IMG/VR virus record: IMGVR_UViG_3300022602_000024
Coordinates: 186,001-250,000 of that record
DNA: 64,000 nt
Direction: 5' to 3' (one strand)
Shown: positions 53,170-63,327 of the stretch, piece after piece
How the letters are laid out: every line of letters begins with the position of its first letter
Numbering within the stretch: position 1 is the stretch's first letter
Notes under the pieces: model-generated
Told to the model about the DNA's origin: nothing
Database searches by the model: none
Seen by the model: only the letters and a program-made list of their open reading frames with translations
Position numbers and translations under genes: made by a program

Positions 53170-55992
53170 TTAGAAGCCTGCGGCTTTCAATCTTGCAGCA
53201 ATTTGGTCTAATGCACTACTAATTGTGTAAACATTGCTGGTCCAATTACGATAATTGCCCATAATATACTGAATATTACCAGTGACTGTCAGATTGCCGG
53301 CCTGCACGTTACCACTATAAGTTGGCAAATAACTAGCAACATTAGCATTAGAATAAACATTGGCCTGTAAGTTTGCTAACCAAGTGGTGTGAGTAGAAAT
53401 TGTTGTTGCTTGTGCAGAAATATTAGCATTGCTCCATATTTCATAACTACCAACATTGGCCTGTAGTGTCGATATTGCAGCATTAGCCGCAGTCACGTTT
53501 GCAACTATTCCTGTAACAACTGTTGATGTTGGTAAAAAACTTGCAACATTGATGTTACTGTAAGTACCAGTGGGCGGATTAGCAATCAAATAGCTGGCAA
53601 CATTGGAGTTACTGTATGTGTTTACAAGTGGGCTTGTAACCAAAAAGCTGGCAACGTTGGAGTTACTATAAGTACCTGTAGGCGGATTAGCAATCAAATA
53701 ACTAGCCACGTTGGAGTTGCTATAGTTACTAGTACCAAAATGTGAATTAGCCCAGGTCTGGTATGCTCCGATATTGCTATTGATATTAACAAAATTGCCA
53801 ACATTACTGGTTATACTAGTGGCAGTTATATTACCTGTTACTACATTGCCAGTTGCATAATCAAAAGTTATAAACGGTGTAGAGAAGTTGCTGCCGCCTT
53901 GCTTGTAAAGACCAAAGCGAGCATGTTGAGATCCAGTTCCGGTACCATTACCTACTCCATCGGTCCAGTCCCAGTCCCATGCAACATCACCACGATAAGT
54001 GACATTACCAACCCCGCCGTTGCTGAATCCAATGTCAATGTTACCTGTGTTAGGTATAGCAGACAATGAACCATCACCTACACTCAGGACCAGTCCAGGA
54101 TTGGGGTTCTTAACACCAGTGTAACTGTCTAAGTGTATTTTTCCAGATCCGTATGGGTCAATGAAAATGCCCACATTGCCGTTGCTGATAGTACCAATAC
54201 TGTTGCCATTGAAGGTGATATTACCAATGGATCCTACTGCAACATTTCCACCACCAATAAACGGTGTACCATTGGCCCAGTAGAAGCCCGACACAATGAT
54301 ATTACCTGCAGTGATGTTACCGGCAGTATGAATATATCCTGTGGTCACATTTGCTACCAAGGCATTGACTGTATTGTTAATAGTACTCAACGTTGCAGTA
54401 TGTGTGGTTATCACTGCGTTAGCAGCCGCAACATTGGCATTGATTGTGGCTATGGTAGTATTGGTAGCAGTATTAGCAGATAAGTTTGCAAGATTACTTT
54501 GTAAAGTGATTATGGCTGCATTGGCTGCAGTAACATTGGCATTTACTAAATTAATTCGAGTAGTCTGACTAACTGCATTAGCATTGGCGTAGGTTTCAAA
54601 TGCACCAATGTTGGTCTGTATTGCGGCAATCACCAAATTGGCGGCAGTTACGTTAGCCGATAATGCAGCATTAACTGTGGCAACATTGGTATTCGTAGAC
54701 CCAATTGCAGAATTAACCGCAGTCAATGAATTATTAATTGTTACAAGATAAGCAGAGGTACTACTTACATTAGATATTAAAGTAGCAATACTTGTATTTG
54801 CGATTGTAACACCAGCAACCAATGATCCAATGGCAACTGATTGAGCGGCCGCATTGGAAAATAGTGTGGTGATGTTATTTGTAGCAGTACCAAGGTTAGC
54901 ATTGGCATAAGAGCCACTGGCTAACAAGTTAACTATGTTGGTTGTTGCAGTACCAAGGTTGGCCTGTATAGAAATTATAGAACTAGCTACTGTTGATAAA
55001 CCAGATTGCAGATTACCAATTGAAGACGTATGCCCAACAATCGTTGCATTGGCAGCTGTCAAGTTGGCATTTAGCAGGCTGATGTTATATGTGTTGCTCG
55101 ATATATTATTATTTGCCGCAGTTGCATTAGCAGTCAACTGTGCTACCGTTGCAAATCCAGCATTACTAAACGCCACATTAGCGGCTGTGATATTAGCACG
55201 TAATCCAGCAATTTCAGTTTCTTGTGCGGCAGCATTACTTTGTAAACTGGCTACTGTAAGATTAACGGTAGAAACGTTAGAGTTTACTGCATTAATTTCG
55301 GTAGCTAATACTCCGGTGTTGGTAGTTAATGTATTAAGGTAGTTGCTTACTGATCCAAGGTTGGCATTGATTGTGCTTATTGCAGAATTAGCAGCAGTGA
55401 CATTAGCGTTTAACGAATTGATACTGGTTGCTTGTACGGCTGCATTTGTAAACAATGTGGTGATGTTATTTGTAGCCGTTCCAAGATTAGCATTAACTGC
55501 TGCATTACCGGCAATTAATGCAACAATATTTGTAGTTGCAGTTCCGAGATTTGCTTGTGTTGTGGCAATCGATGCATTAGCGGCAGCGACATTAGCATTA
55601 ACTACAGTAATTAAATTTGCAATACCGCCCAATGAGCCAGCACTGATAGTAGCAGCAACATTGGCAATATTAGCACTTAGTGCCGCTGAAAGATTTGCGT
55701 AAACATTTGCTGAAATGCTACTATAAGCGGTGCTTAAACTTTGTGTTACAAAAACATTACTGGCAATAGTTTGTTGGTTAACATAAGCAATATTAGCCGC
55801 CCCGGCAACATCATTAACAGTCAACACAACATTGCCAGTGCGTCCTGCTACCGTAGCAACTCCAACAATGGCATTACCTTGGGCTAAAATATTAGCAAAG
55901 TTGCGATCGATTGTTTGAAAAGCGGTGCGTAACGGATCACCAGTGCCATCGTTGGCAGTATTACCGATAAAGACGTTAGAAAGAACGAGCAT
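53170..55992 (-). CDS. Long fibre protein (baseplate-anchor N-terminus, A/N/T coiled coil, repeats)
   Basis: IG..ANDGTGDPLRTAF anchor motif; VATVAGRTGNVVL; YSNSNVAS repeats. Confidence 0.8.
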   Translation of the reverse strand: MLVLSNVFIGNTANDGTGDPLRTAFQTIDRNFANILAQGNAIVGVATVAGRTGNVVLTVNDVAGAANIAYVNQQTIASNVFVTQSLSTAYSSISANVYANLSAALSANIANVAATISAGSLGGIANLITVVNANVAAANASIATTQANLGTATTNIVALIAGNAAVNANLGTATNNITTLFTNAAVQATSINSLNANVTAANSAISTINANLGSVSNYLNTLTTNTGVLATEINAVNSNVSTVNLTVASLQSNAAAQETEIAGLRANITAANVAFSNAGFATVAQLTANATAANNNISSNTYNISLLNANLTAANATIVGHTSSIGNLQSGLSTVASSIISIQANLGTATTNIVNLLASGSYANANLGTATNNITTLFSNAAAQSVAIGSLVAGVTIANTSIATLISNVSSTSAYLVTINNSLTAVNSAIGSTNTNVATVNAALSANVTAANLVIAAIQTNIGAFETYANANAVSQTTRINLVNANVTAANAAIITLQSNLANLSANTATNTTIATINANVAAANAVITTHTATLSTINNTVNALVANVTTGYIHTAGNITAGNIIVSGFYWANGTPFIGGGNVAVGSIGNITFNGNSIGTISNGNVGIFIDPYGSGKIHLDSYTGVKNPNPGLVLSVGDGSLSAIPNTGNIDIGFSNGGVGNVTYRGDVAWDWDWTDGVGNGTGTGSQHARFGLYKQGGSNFSTPFITFDYATGNVVTGNITATSITSNVGNFVNINSNIGAYQTWANSHFGTSNYSNSNVASYLIANPPTGTYSNSNVASFLVTSPLVNTYSNSNVASYLIANPPTGTYSNINVASFLPTSTVVTGIVANVTAANAAISTLQANVGSYEIWSNANISAQATTISTHTTWLANLQANVYSNANVASYLPTYSGNVQAGNLTVTGNIQYIMGNYRNWTSNVYTISSALDQIAARLKAAGF

Positions 55993-56036
55993 AAAATTTC
56001 AACCTTAATATAAGGTATTTATGCTAAAACTACATA

Positions 56037-57047
56037 TTAGATTGCTTGATGGTATAGCTCAAAACTGGCCAAGTTTTTGCCTTTGGCCTCGCACATGATG
56101 TCAAACTGATCCCAAAATGTCAAGGCCCACTCGTTCACCGTACGATTCCAGAAAAAGTCTGAGTGTGCACGCAATTTTTGCTTTTTATAGCCAGTGGCCA
56201 ACAAGTGCTGATAGTTGGGCATTACATCGGGGTCGTGACCCACAAGTACATCTTCACGGCTGACGCTGTAATGCATAGTGGGACGCAGACCGCGCCAGCT
56301 ATCAACCACCTGTCGGACTCGACTATCTGTTGGATCAATGTATTCGCCTTCCCTAATCCAATGGTGGTGAATGTCCATAACAATAGGAAGTAAGTCGGTA
56401 AGTTCAAGACAATCATTTAGCCCCCATGAGTTTTCTTCGTTTTCGATAGTGATACAGTTGCGGGCTTCGGGCGATAGGCGTTTATATGCCAACCTGATGC
56501 CTTGCGGACCTTGACGTCCGGAGATGTGTACGTTGATTTTAAAGTCTTGGAAACTTCTGCCAAATCCCATCCAACGGGCCATTGTTGCATGATACTCAAA
56601 CTCCTCAATGCTACGTTCTACAATATCAGGATTTTCTGATGCCAATACACAAAACTGTCCAGGATGGAAACTGAGTCGCACACCCAAACGACGAGCAGCT
56701 TCGCCTACAGGAGCAAATATCCGTGCACAATGGTCCTGTATTTCACGACGTTGCCACCAGGCCTGCCAGTCTGGTTCAGTATAGCCCTGTAGCATTTCGC
56801 TACCAAGCCGTACCATGCGCAGATGTGGATCGAGACTGCCCACACGCTCAACCAACAACAAGGCTGCACGAGCATTATGATTCATAATGTCCCACTGGCG
56901 TTGTTCAGCTTCGCTTTTGTGTTCGCGTAACCATCGCATGGTGGTACTACGTCCGTTGAGATCACGATCAGCGGCATTTACTTTCATGCCACCAACCTCA
57001 CTGGGATCATTGATCCATTTACAAGCAAAGCCAATACGTTTAGTCAT
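56037..57047 (-). CDS. uvsE: UV-damage endonuclease
   Basis: RIGFACK, RLSFHPGQF, TIENEE, DIHHH, AHSD. Confidence 0.93.
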   Translation of the reverse strand: MTKRIGFACKWINDPSEVGGMKVNAADRDLNGRSTTMRWLREHKSEAEQRQWDIMNHNARAALLLVERVGSLDPHLRMVRLGSEMLQGYTEPDWQAWWQRREIQDHCARIFAPVGEAARRLGVRLSFHPGQFCVLASENPDIVERSIEEFEYHATMARWMGFGRSFQDFKINVHISGRQGPQGIRLAYKRLSPEARNCITIENEENSWGLNDCLELTDLLPIVMDIHHHWIREGEYIDPTDSRVRQVVDSWRGLRPTMHYSVSREDVLVGHDPDVMPNYQHLLATGYKKQKLRAHSDFFWNRTVNEWALTFWDQFDIMCEAKGKNLASFELYHQAI

Positions 57048-57077
57048 AGTGTATTATAGCAGTATATTATTTTTGTG

Positions 57078-57518
57078 TCAAGCATAAATCCATCCCAAAT
57101 TTTCTAATTTATAGATCCAAGTAAAAATGGGCACAGAAAACTCCAACTCCCATTGCCCATTCCACCCCAAATAGGTAGCACTCTTGTGTGATTCGGGCAA
57201 AGGTTTTGTTTGCTCGCTAGCCCAAGGTTCTGGGTAATCAGGATAGTATACCCCGGCCCATTTAAACCTATCGGTGGTTATTCCTTCTACTGAAACTGCC
57301 ACCACCTCCACCGCCATATCTGGGGTTTCGTTGGTTTTGTTTGCGAATTCCAGGATAAATCTATGTTGGCCAACCGACAGGTCTTGGGCAAACTCAAGTA
57401 TTACATCATCAGTTAATACTAAAGTATTACTGTCTACGTCGTCAACGCCACAACGGATTTCGGGTGCTACTATACCATGTGGACGCAAATGTATGCTAAA
57501 CTCTGTATTGTATATCAT
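57078..57518 (-). CDS. Hypothetical beta-sandwich protein accompanying radical SAM
   Basis: YLGWNGQW.L.F..PIFTW motif. Confidence 0.65.
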   Translation of the reverse strand: MIYNTEFSIHLRPHGIVAPEIRCGVDDVDSNTLVLTDDVILEFAQDLSVGQHRFILEFANKTNETPDMAVEVVAVSVEGITTDRFKWAGVYYPDYPEPWASEQTKPLPESHKSATYLGWNGQWELEFSVPIFTWIYKLENLGWIYA

Positions 57519-58788
57519 TTAAAAACTCTGCGTATTCTGGGTAATAGTCATGTGCATCTAATTTGAATTCTTGGTCCCAACGCATTAGCCAGTCTGCCAA
57601 TTGAGTTTGCAACTCTGCTACATTATCAGGTTCAGGTGCTAGCAACATAGCAATCATGGTATCACATTCCCTACGCAATAGTGTATTCAATGTACCTGCG
57701 TTTCTGCCAGTACTTAATTCCTGTATTTCGGCAGGCGGTATAGAATCTTTGATTAATTGGTATCGGTCAACAAATGTTTTCCTTAACTCTACAGGCAACA
57801 CAGATATTTGCAAATATGCAGGATTAATAAGCGGAATACCTTGTATAGGCAATCCCAATTTCCATGCCCAGGCGATATACTGATCATAGTTATTGATGTT
57901 TAACAGTTGCGGTACACTTCTTAATATCACGTGAAATTGATCAGTTTGTTGACTGCGTAGCCAGATTATGTTTTTAAGTACATCTTCAGTGTTACTGCCC
58001 TGACGAATATAATGATTGTTGTGATGAATACTTTCTAGACTAACTTCTATGTCGCAACTACGAAATTTTAGCAATCTGTCAACAACCTGTTGATTGGTTA
58101 CCGTTCCGTTGGTAACAAAACTGATAGAAATAGAATGTCGGTTATTGTCTAGTAGAAAATCTAACAATTCTACAAATCGTTTATTCAACAAAGGTTCTCC
58201 GCCCATAAAGTGCAGTCGGTTAAGGTTGGGCACAGACATGATACTATCTAAAAAGTTTTGCCAGGATGGTGAGTCCTGAGTCCAATTGCGATTGGCAGAG
58301 TCAGCAATCAAATGCCATTTTTTAAATATGCTGGATATTTTACTGCTGGCCTGGGGATTACACATTTTACAAGCCAAATTACATTCATTGCCCAAATCAA
58401 TGTGCCAATCTATAGGTAACCTATTGGTTACATTAGACTGAAAGTCTTGATACATAGGACTTTGTAGATAACTTTTATCAAATGCCTGCTGAGTAAAAAT
58501 AACGCTTTTAAAGTTTTCTTTAATGCGCCTACTTTCATATCCTATGTGTTCCTCTTTATAACAACCCACACACTGAGTCAAACGATATTTAGACTTGATC
58601 CGAGACCGCATGTCGATCATTGGTTGAGATTTGTACCATTGATCCACCGTCATTGTGTGCAGATTATATCGATCAGGCTCGGTGTGCGGAGGATGACGCT
58701 CGCTACAACACCCGCCAAAACTACCATCCCAATAAACATGGAGGTTGGTCCACGGCACATTACAAAATATGTCTTTATTTGCCATCAA
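57496..58788 (-). CDS. Radical SAM protein with N-terminal twitch/SPASM-like Cys cluster
   Basis: FCNVPW..CC; CNLACKMC; FMGGEP; VTNGT. Confidence 0.88.
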   Translation of the reverse strand: MMANKDIFCNVPWTNLHVYWDGSFGGCCSERHPPHTEPDRYNLHTMTVDQWYKSQPMIDMRSRIKSKYRLTQCVGCYKEEHIGYESRRIKENFKSVIFTQQAFDKSYLQSPMYQDFQSNVTNRLPIDWHIDLGNECNLACKMCNPQASSKISSIFKKWHLIADSANRNWTQDSPSWQNFLDSIMSVPNLNRLHFMGGEPLLNKRFVELLDFLLDNNRHSISISFVTNGTVTNQQVVDRLLKFRSCDIEVSLESIHHNNHYIRQGSNTEDVLKNIIWLRSQQTDQFHVILRSVPQLLNINNYDQYIAWAWKLGLPIQGIPLINPAYLQISVLPVELRKTFVDRYQLIKDSIPPAEIQELSTGRNAGTLNTLLRRECDTMIAMLLAPEPDNVAELQTQLADWLMRWDQEFKLDAHDYYPEYAEFLNDIQYRV

Positions 58789-58799
58789 TCTTTGGTGTT

Positions 58800-59021
58800 T
58801 TAATGTAACGTACTGTCGTTGAATTTTTCTGGGTCATGAATGCCAAAAAGTTTTAGAATCTTTCTGACATTTTTTGGCGAATCAAATGGTAGTGCTTCAG
58901 GGAAGATTACAGATTTTAGATTACCGTCGGGTCCTAGTACAAAACAATAGTCCCCTTCTTCTAAATCGGTGTCGTAAACCGCCTGTACGTCTAGCTCAGT
59001 TTCTTGAATCAATTTGCTCAT
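58800..59021 (-). CDS. Hypothetical acidic protein
   Basis: SD GGAG before MSKL. Confidence 0.6.
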   Translation of the reverse strand: MSKLIQETELDVQAVYDTDLEEGDYCFVLGPDGNLKSVIFPEALPFDSPKNVRKILKLFGIHDPEKFNDSTLH

Positions 59022-59089
59022 GCTACACTCCATTGTTTTTAATATTTACTCATTTACAAACTTCATTGTAACATAAGTTTAAACAAATA

Positions 59090-59668
59090 TCAATCACCGT
59101 AGAATATATGACCACCTATTCGAGCAATTTTCTTTTTCAGGGAACGCCATGTCGGACGAATAGCGGTAGCGTGAAAGTACAAGGCTTCATCGTATTTGTT
59201 CCGGAATTCATTGTAACCGCCATTAAGTAATTCTTCAGCTACATTGACACTTTCTGCCCAACGCTCATCATTGGCCTGAGGTTTTTTAACTGATCCGCAA
59301 CTCCAGCTGAACTGACATACCGCAGTGGTATAAGGCTGACTTTGAATTTCTGTCACATGGTCAACTTGATCAATCACTAGATATTTCTTGTGATGTACTT
59401 CTTTAGTGACCTTGGTATGACGAGTACGATGCAGTACTGTTCTTTGGTGCACTACTCCGCAAACGTTGTTGCCAAATCGGCCATCGGCCACACGATTTAA
59501 TGTTACCACGCCAACTGCAACTTTGCCTTCGAGGCTTTCTGTGCCGGCTTCGTAGTAAATGTTTTTTGCAAGACAGTCTAACTCGCGATGGTTGACTTCA
59601 GTTGCATGACCGAGTTGTAGTACGGTCAGGGTCATAATGGTCACTATGATTTGCATCATGGTTTTCAT
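59090..59668 (-). CDS. Cell-wall hydrolase SleB/Hydrolase_2
   Basis: CLAKNIYYEAG.ES..GK.AV..VTLNRV, CQFSW, ALYFHA, IGGHIFY. Confidence 0.9.
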   Translation of the reverse strand: MKTMMQIIVTIMTLTVLQLGHATEVNHRELDCLAKNIYYEAGTESLEGKVAVGVVTLNRVADGRFGNNVCGVVHQRTVLHRTRHTKVTKEVHHKKYLVIDQVDHVTEIQSQPYTTAVCQFSWSCGSVKKPQANDERWAESVNVAEELLNGGYNEFRNKYDEALYFHATAIRPTWRSLKKKIARIGGHIFYGD

Positions 59669-59787
59669 ATGGCTCTCCTTTTTAAAATTGTAAAATATTT
59701 AAAGACAGATATCAATAGTTATAATACTATATAAGTCTGATTTTGTCAAGTTAAATAAGGAACTTTAGAAAAACACCAGTTAAAACC

Positions 59788-61713
59788 CTACTTATTCTGA
59801 GATAAGTATGTCTTTAATGGTATCCCTTGGTGGCTAGCATTGTACAATGCCATGCCAGGTTTGGCATCGTTGGGATACGATGCTGAGTTGTTTACTTCTG
59901 CCACTGCGGCACGAATAGTGTCACCGTACCCGTTTAAGTCGGCGGTAATTAAATTTGCCAATAGTGCATCGCCTCTGAATCCCGAATAGTCAGTTGACGC
60001 CATAGAGGGAAACTGCTGACTAAATCCATACGCTAATACATTCGATCCAGGATTAAATTTGATATTAGCAAATGCCAATAAATTTATTTCATTGACTAGT
60101 TTATTCACAATTGCATAATAGGCCGCTTGACTAGTAGCATACCCAGAAGATCCACTGCTTGCAGTTACTGAATTGATTAACGCAGTAGCAGCAGCAGTAA
60201 CTCCCGAAGTGTCTGGCACAATAGTAGCAGTATTTGGAGTTCCTAGTGTATGAGCATTTGATACTGCTAATTGATAGGCAGTATTACAAGCAGTAATTGC
60301 AGAATTTAAATTCTGAAATGCAGTATACGTAGCCGATGATAATCCATTGTAACTGGCATTTATTGTGCGAAGAGCAGCAGTATAAACATTACCAGCACAA
60401 GCACCTAGTAGATCAGCGGCAGTATAATTGCCATAGTCTCCAGTACCTTTTATAGGGAATGTTTTACTTAATGCAGTATCAACCGTTGGTAACAATACAG
60501 GACTAGAACTAGTAGTAGCCTTGGTATGCGGCATACTGGGAATTTGTACGTTTGATAAAAAATTATATACATCTTTCCAGGATTGGAATGTATTTTTACC
60601 TAATCTAGTACTCAAATATGTGGCCAACTGAGACATCGAATTTATGCCTAACGAGGACAACTGTGGTTGTAGTTTTAAGTCAACTACTTTAGCAATGTCA
60701 AGAAAATCTGCTAGCGTTTTCCATGTAGTGTTGGGCGAAGAGAATCCAGTGGCCTGAACAATACTAGTAAGGTTAGCGCCTGTAATGGATTCATAAATGT
60801 TCAGCACCACTGTTGGATTATTTCCAGTGGGAGTAACTGATGATTGAACCCCACCAACTGTAGGTAAAGAAAATTTCCCAACATCACTACTGATCGAACT
60901 AACTGATGTAGTTGTAAGAGTTGGTACATTTGTAACAGATGCAGTTGGCATTACTGCTATGTTTGCTGTGTCTAGACCTGTGGCAGTTAGATTTGCTGAT
61001 AAATTACCAACTGTACCAAGTCCTTGATTTAACAAATTTTGTCCAAATACATATGGGTCTGCAAGTAAATTGATTTGATTAACATCATACATGGTCCCCC
61101 AATGCATAACCACATTAGCCAATAAAGGAGCATTGACACCAACCCCGCCAGTGGCAAGATCAATAGGGCCAGAATAGCCTAATCCCGACTGAGCGTAGGT
61201 CTTCCCGTGTAAGATGTTAGCAGTACCAATCAAATCAAATGTTGATCCAGCAAATCCCCTGACAGACGAATATGACCCAGCAAAATTTGCAGTATATTGA
61301 ATACCGCCTACACCAGGGTCAACATTACCAAATGGTAATCGTGCTTGATTATACAGGGTTCCTATTACATCTGGAATCTGGCTATTGGCTGTGTTTAATA
61401 AATTATATGTAGCCGCACCAGAAACACCAACTGAACTAATAGTGGATCCGCCATTTGTAATACCCGAAGGAACCGTCCCGATTAAAAATTCACCTTGCAC
61501 AACCGAGTTGGGTATACTGGCAAGTATAGGAGCAACATGACTAGCAACAACAGCATTTGCACTAGTATTGAAATTTATAGTGGACCATTGTTGTATAGCA
61601 CCTTTGGGATTTAGCCGATAAGTTTGAATTTCTTGCATCAAAGCAGCGTTTGGTGCTATGCCAAGGCCTTGTAATAAAACTGCGGCTGCATTTAATTGTA
61701 GTGCTGAGGACAC
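59788..61713 (-). CDS. Putative baseplate/tail structural protein
   Basis: Large S/T/A/N-rich ORF between PAAR and SleB. Confidence 0.6.
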   Translation of the reverse strand: MSSALQLNAAAVLLQGLGIAPNAALMQEIQTYRLNPKGAIQQWSTINFNTSANAVVASHVAPILASIPNSVVQGEFLIGTVPSGITNGGSTISSVGVSGAATYNLLNTANSQIPDVIGTLYNQARLPFGNVDPGVGGIQYTANFAGSYSSVRGFAGSTFDLIGTANILHGKTYAQSGLGYSGPIDLATGGVGVNAPLLANVVMHWGTMYDVNQINLLADPYVFGQNLLNQGLGTVGNLSANLTATGLDTANIAVMPTASVTNVPTLTTTSVSSISSDVGKFSLPTVGGVQSSVTPTGNNPTVVLNIYESITGANLTSIVQATGFSSPNTTWKTLADFLDIAKVVDLKLQPQLSSLGINSMSQLATYLSTRLGKNTFQSWKDVYNFLSNVQIPSMPHTKATTSSSPVLLPTVDTALSKTFPIKGTGDYGNYTAADLLGACAGNVYTAALRTINASYNGLSSATYTAFQNLNSAITACNTAYQLAVSNAHTLGTPNTATIVPDTSGVTAAATALINSVTASSGSSGYATSQAAYYAIVNKLVNEINLLAFANIKFNPGSNVLAYGFSQQFPSMASTDYSGFRGDALLANLITADLNGYGDTIRAAVAEVNNSASYPNDAKPGMALYNASHQGIPLKTYLSQNK

Positions 61714-61716
61714 TGG

Positions 61717-62082
61717 TTATCCTCCCAACGGTCCGCCAACTAATACTGTTGGTATCCCAGGGCCTGCTACCCAATGACCGCACATGGTCAAACTGCCCAA
61801 TGCCCCTGCTAGTGCAACCGGTCGGCCTTCTACCAATACTGTGGCACTGCCTTCAACAATAAGAGAGGCAGCACAGGTGGGGTTGTATCCGGGTGCAGAT
61901 GGATTGTAGGGATTGCCGTGTACACTGGTATCTGTGCCTACTGTAGCAACAGGAAGTCCGCCAGCCAACACAGTTCTTGCTGCTGGTGCTACCACCATAC
62001 CGATAGGAGTGGGTGCATTGGTGCCTTCAACACCACCAACTCCATCTAATATAGTTGTTACAATTGCTATCGGGCTTGGCAT
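61717..62082 (-). CDS. PAAR-like spike tip protein
   Basis: TVLAGGLPVATVG, H, TVLVEGRPVA, CGH. Confidence 0.85.
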   Translation of the reverse strand: MPSPIAIVTTILDGVGGVEGTNAPTPIGMVVAPAARTVLAGGLPVATVGTDTSVHGNPYNPSAPGYNPTCAASLIVEGSATVLVEGRPVALAGALGSLTMCGHWVAGPGIPTVLVGGPLGG

Positions 62083-62390
62083 TAAGTTATGATCCCTTTT
62101 CCTGCTGGTTCAATTCCTGTAGTGGTACGAATATAGTGATTTTCTATATCTTTGATTACAGGACCATGCATAATAATATGTATGTTTTTTAACTCTACAT
62201 TATTATTTATATCCGCAGAAATTAGGCTTTGCATCAAGCCCAGGCCTTGCTGGCTAGGGATAACTGTACAGGGACGATTAACAGTAAATCCGTCTTCATC
62301 AACTGATACAATTTTTGCTACAATTTCGTCGCCATTGGAGATTTTGAAACATACGATGTCACCTGCACCGTAGCCTTTTCGAATTAACAT
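62082..62390 (-). CDS. Conserved Sm-like hypothetical protein
   Basis: GDIVCFKISNGDEIVAK motif. Confidence 0.65.
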   Translation of the reverse strand: MLIRKGYGAGDIVCFKISNGDEIVAKIVSVDEDGFTVNRPCTVIPSQQGLGLMQSLISADINNNVELKNIHIIMHGPVIKDIENHYIRTTTGIEPAGKGIIT

Positions 62391-62393
62391 ATT

Positions 62394-62639
62394 TTAACCT
62401 TTGAGTGTTTGAAAGAATTCTTCGGACTGTTTACGCAATCCGTTGAATCCGCCTTCGACCAATAATTTTCCGTCTTGGTAAATTTGAGGTACTGTGCGAT
62501 GACCTTCTGCTAGGATAAAGTCACGTGCATCAGTGTTTTCGTCTATTTTAACTTCTTGAAATTCAATGCCTTTGCTAGCAAGCAGATTTTTAGCTTGCAC
62601 ACAGAAGGCACAATTGTTTTTACTATAAACTGTTATCAT
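62394..62639 (-). CDS. grx: Glutaredoxin
   Basis: YSKNNCAFC, TVPQI, GGF. Confidence 0.93.
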   Translation of the reverse strand: MITVYSKNNCAFCVQAKNLLASKGIEFQEVKIDENTDARDFILAEGHRTVPQIYQDGKLLVEGGFNGLRKQSEEFFQTLKG

Positions 62640-62646
62640 TCTTTAA

Positions 62647-62952
62647 TTATTCGTTAGATTCTACTACAGTTAGTGTAGTTCCAGTTTCTGCTAGGTACCT
62701 ATCAAAAAATACTTTCCAGTCTGGATCAATATGAGCTTCAACATTAACATTTGCATTGTTCCATTTGACTTTGCCGGGCTCGTGTCCTGCTAGTGCTCCG
62801 GATGCAATGTTAGCATCGTCAATTGCTTGTTGTTTAGCTTGAGCTGAAGCAAAAGCCGTTTGTTGATCTGCAGGTAATGTTGCAATCCACTCAAGTAAAG
62901 TAACCAGTGGTTTGCCTGCAGCAGGTGTATAAGTTAACGTATGAACTAGCAT
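62647..62952 (-). CDS. Hypothetical protein (paralog of 62979..63326)
   Basis: W..TL...Q..F..A...Q....DP.WK..F.RYLAETG. Confidence 0.7.
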   Translation of the reverse strand: MLVHTLTYTPAAGKPLVTLLEWIATLPADQQTAFASAQAKQQAIDDANIASGALAGHEPGKVKWNNANVNVEAHIDPDWKVFFDRYLAETGTTLTVVESNE

Positions 62953-62978
62953 GTTGATGCTCCTTTAATATATTGTAT

Positions 62979-63326
62979 TTATTGTTTTATTTCTGTTTCA
63001 ATAATATCAAACTCAATTCCTGTTTCAGCCAAATATCTATTCCAATATTCTTTCCAAGTTGGATCAAAAGGTTTACCTTTACGTGCAGTTTCTTCATCTT
63101 TCCACACATAAAGGGGTTGGCTAGCAGGATTCTTGGGATCAACACTACTAAAATCACGTATCATGTCGCCACGATCAATTGCTTCTTGCCTGTACGCTTC
63201 TTGCCGTTGTTTAGAAGCATAAAAATCTGTTTGTTCGGCAGAAGACAGGGTTTTAACCCAATCTTCAAACTGAATAAACTTTTTTCCCTCTGGCACAGAG
63301 TAATTAAACCGATGCGCGACTGCCAT
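62979..63326 (-). CDS. Hypothetical protein (paralog of 62647..62952)
   Basis: DPTWKEYWNRYLAETG. Confidence 0.7.
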   Translation of the reverse strand: MAVAHRFNYSVPEGKKFIQFEDWVKTLSSAEQTDFYASKQRQEAYRQEAIDRGDMIRDFSSVDPKNPASQPLYVWKDEETARKGKPFDPTWKEYWNRYLAETGIEFDIIETEIKQ

Positions 63327-63327
63327 T

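Noticed and set aside
49764-55992. Diversity-generating retroelement targeting fibres
   Set aside because: No reverse transcriptase in the window and no template/variable repeat pair differing at adenines was seen.
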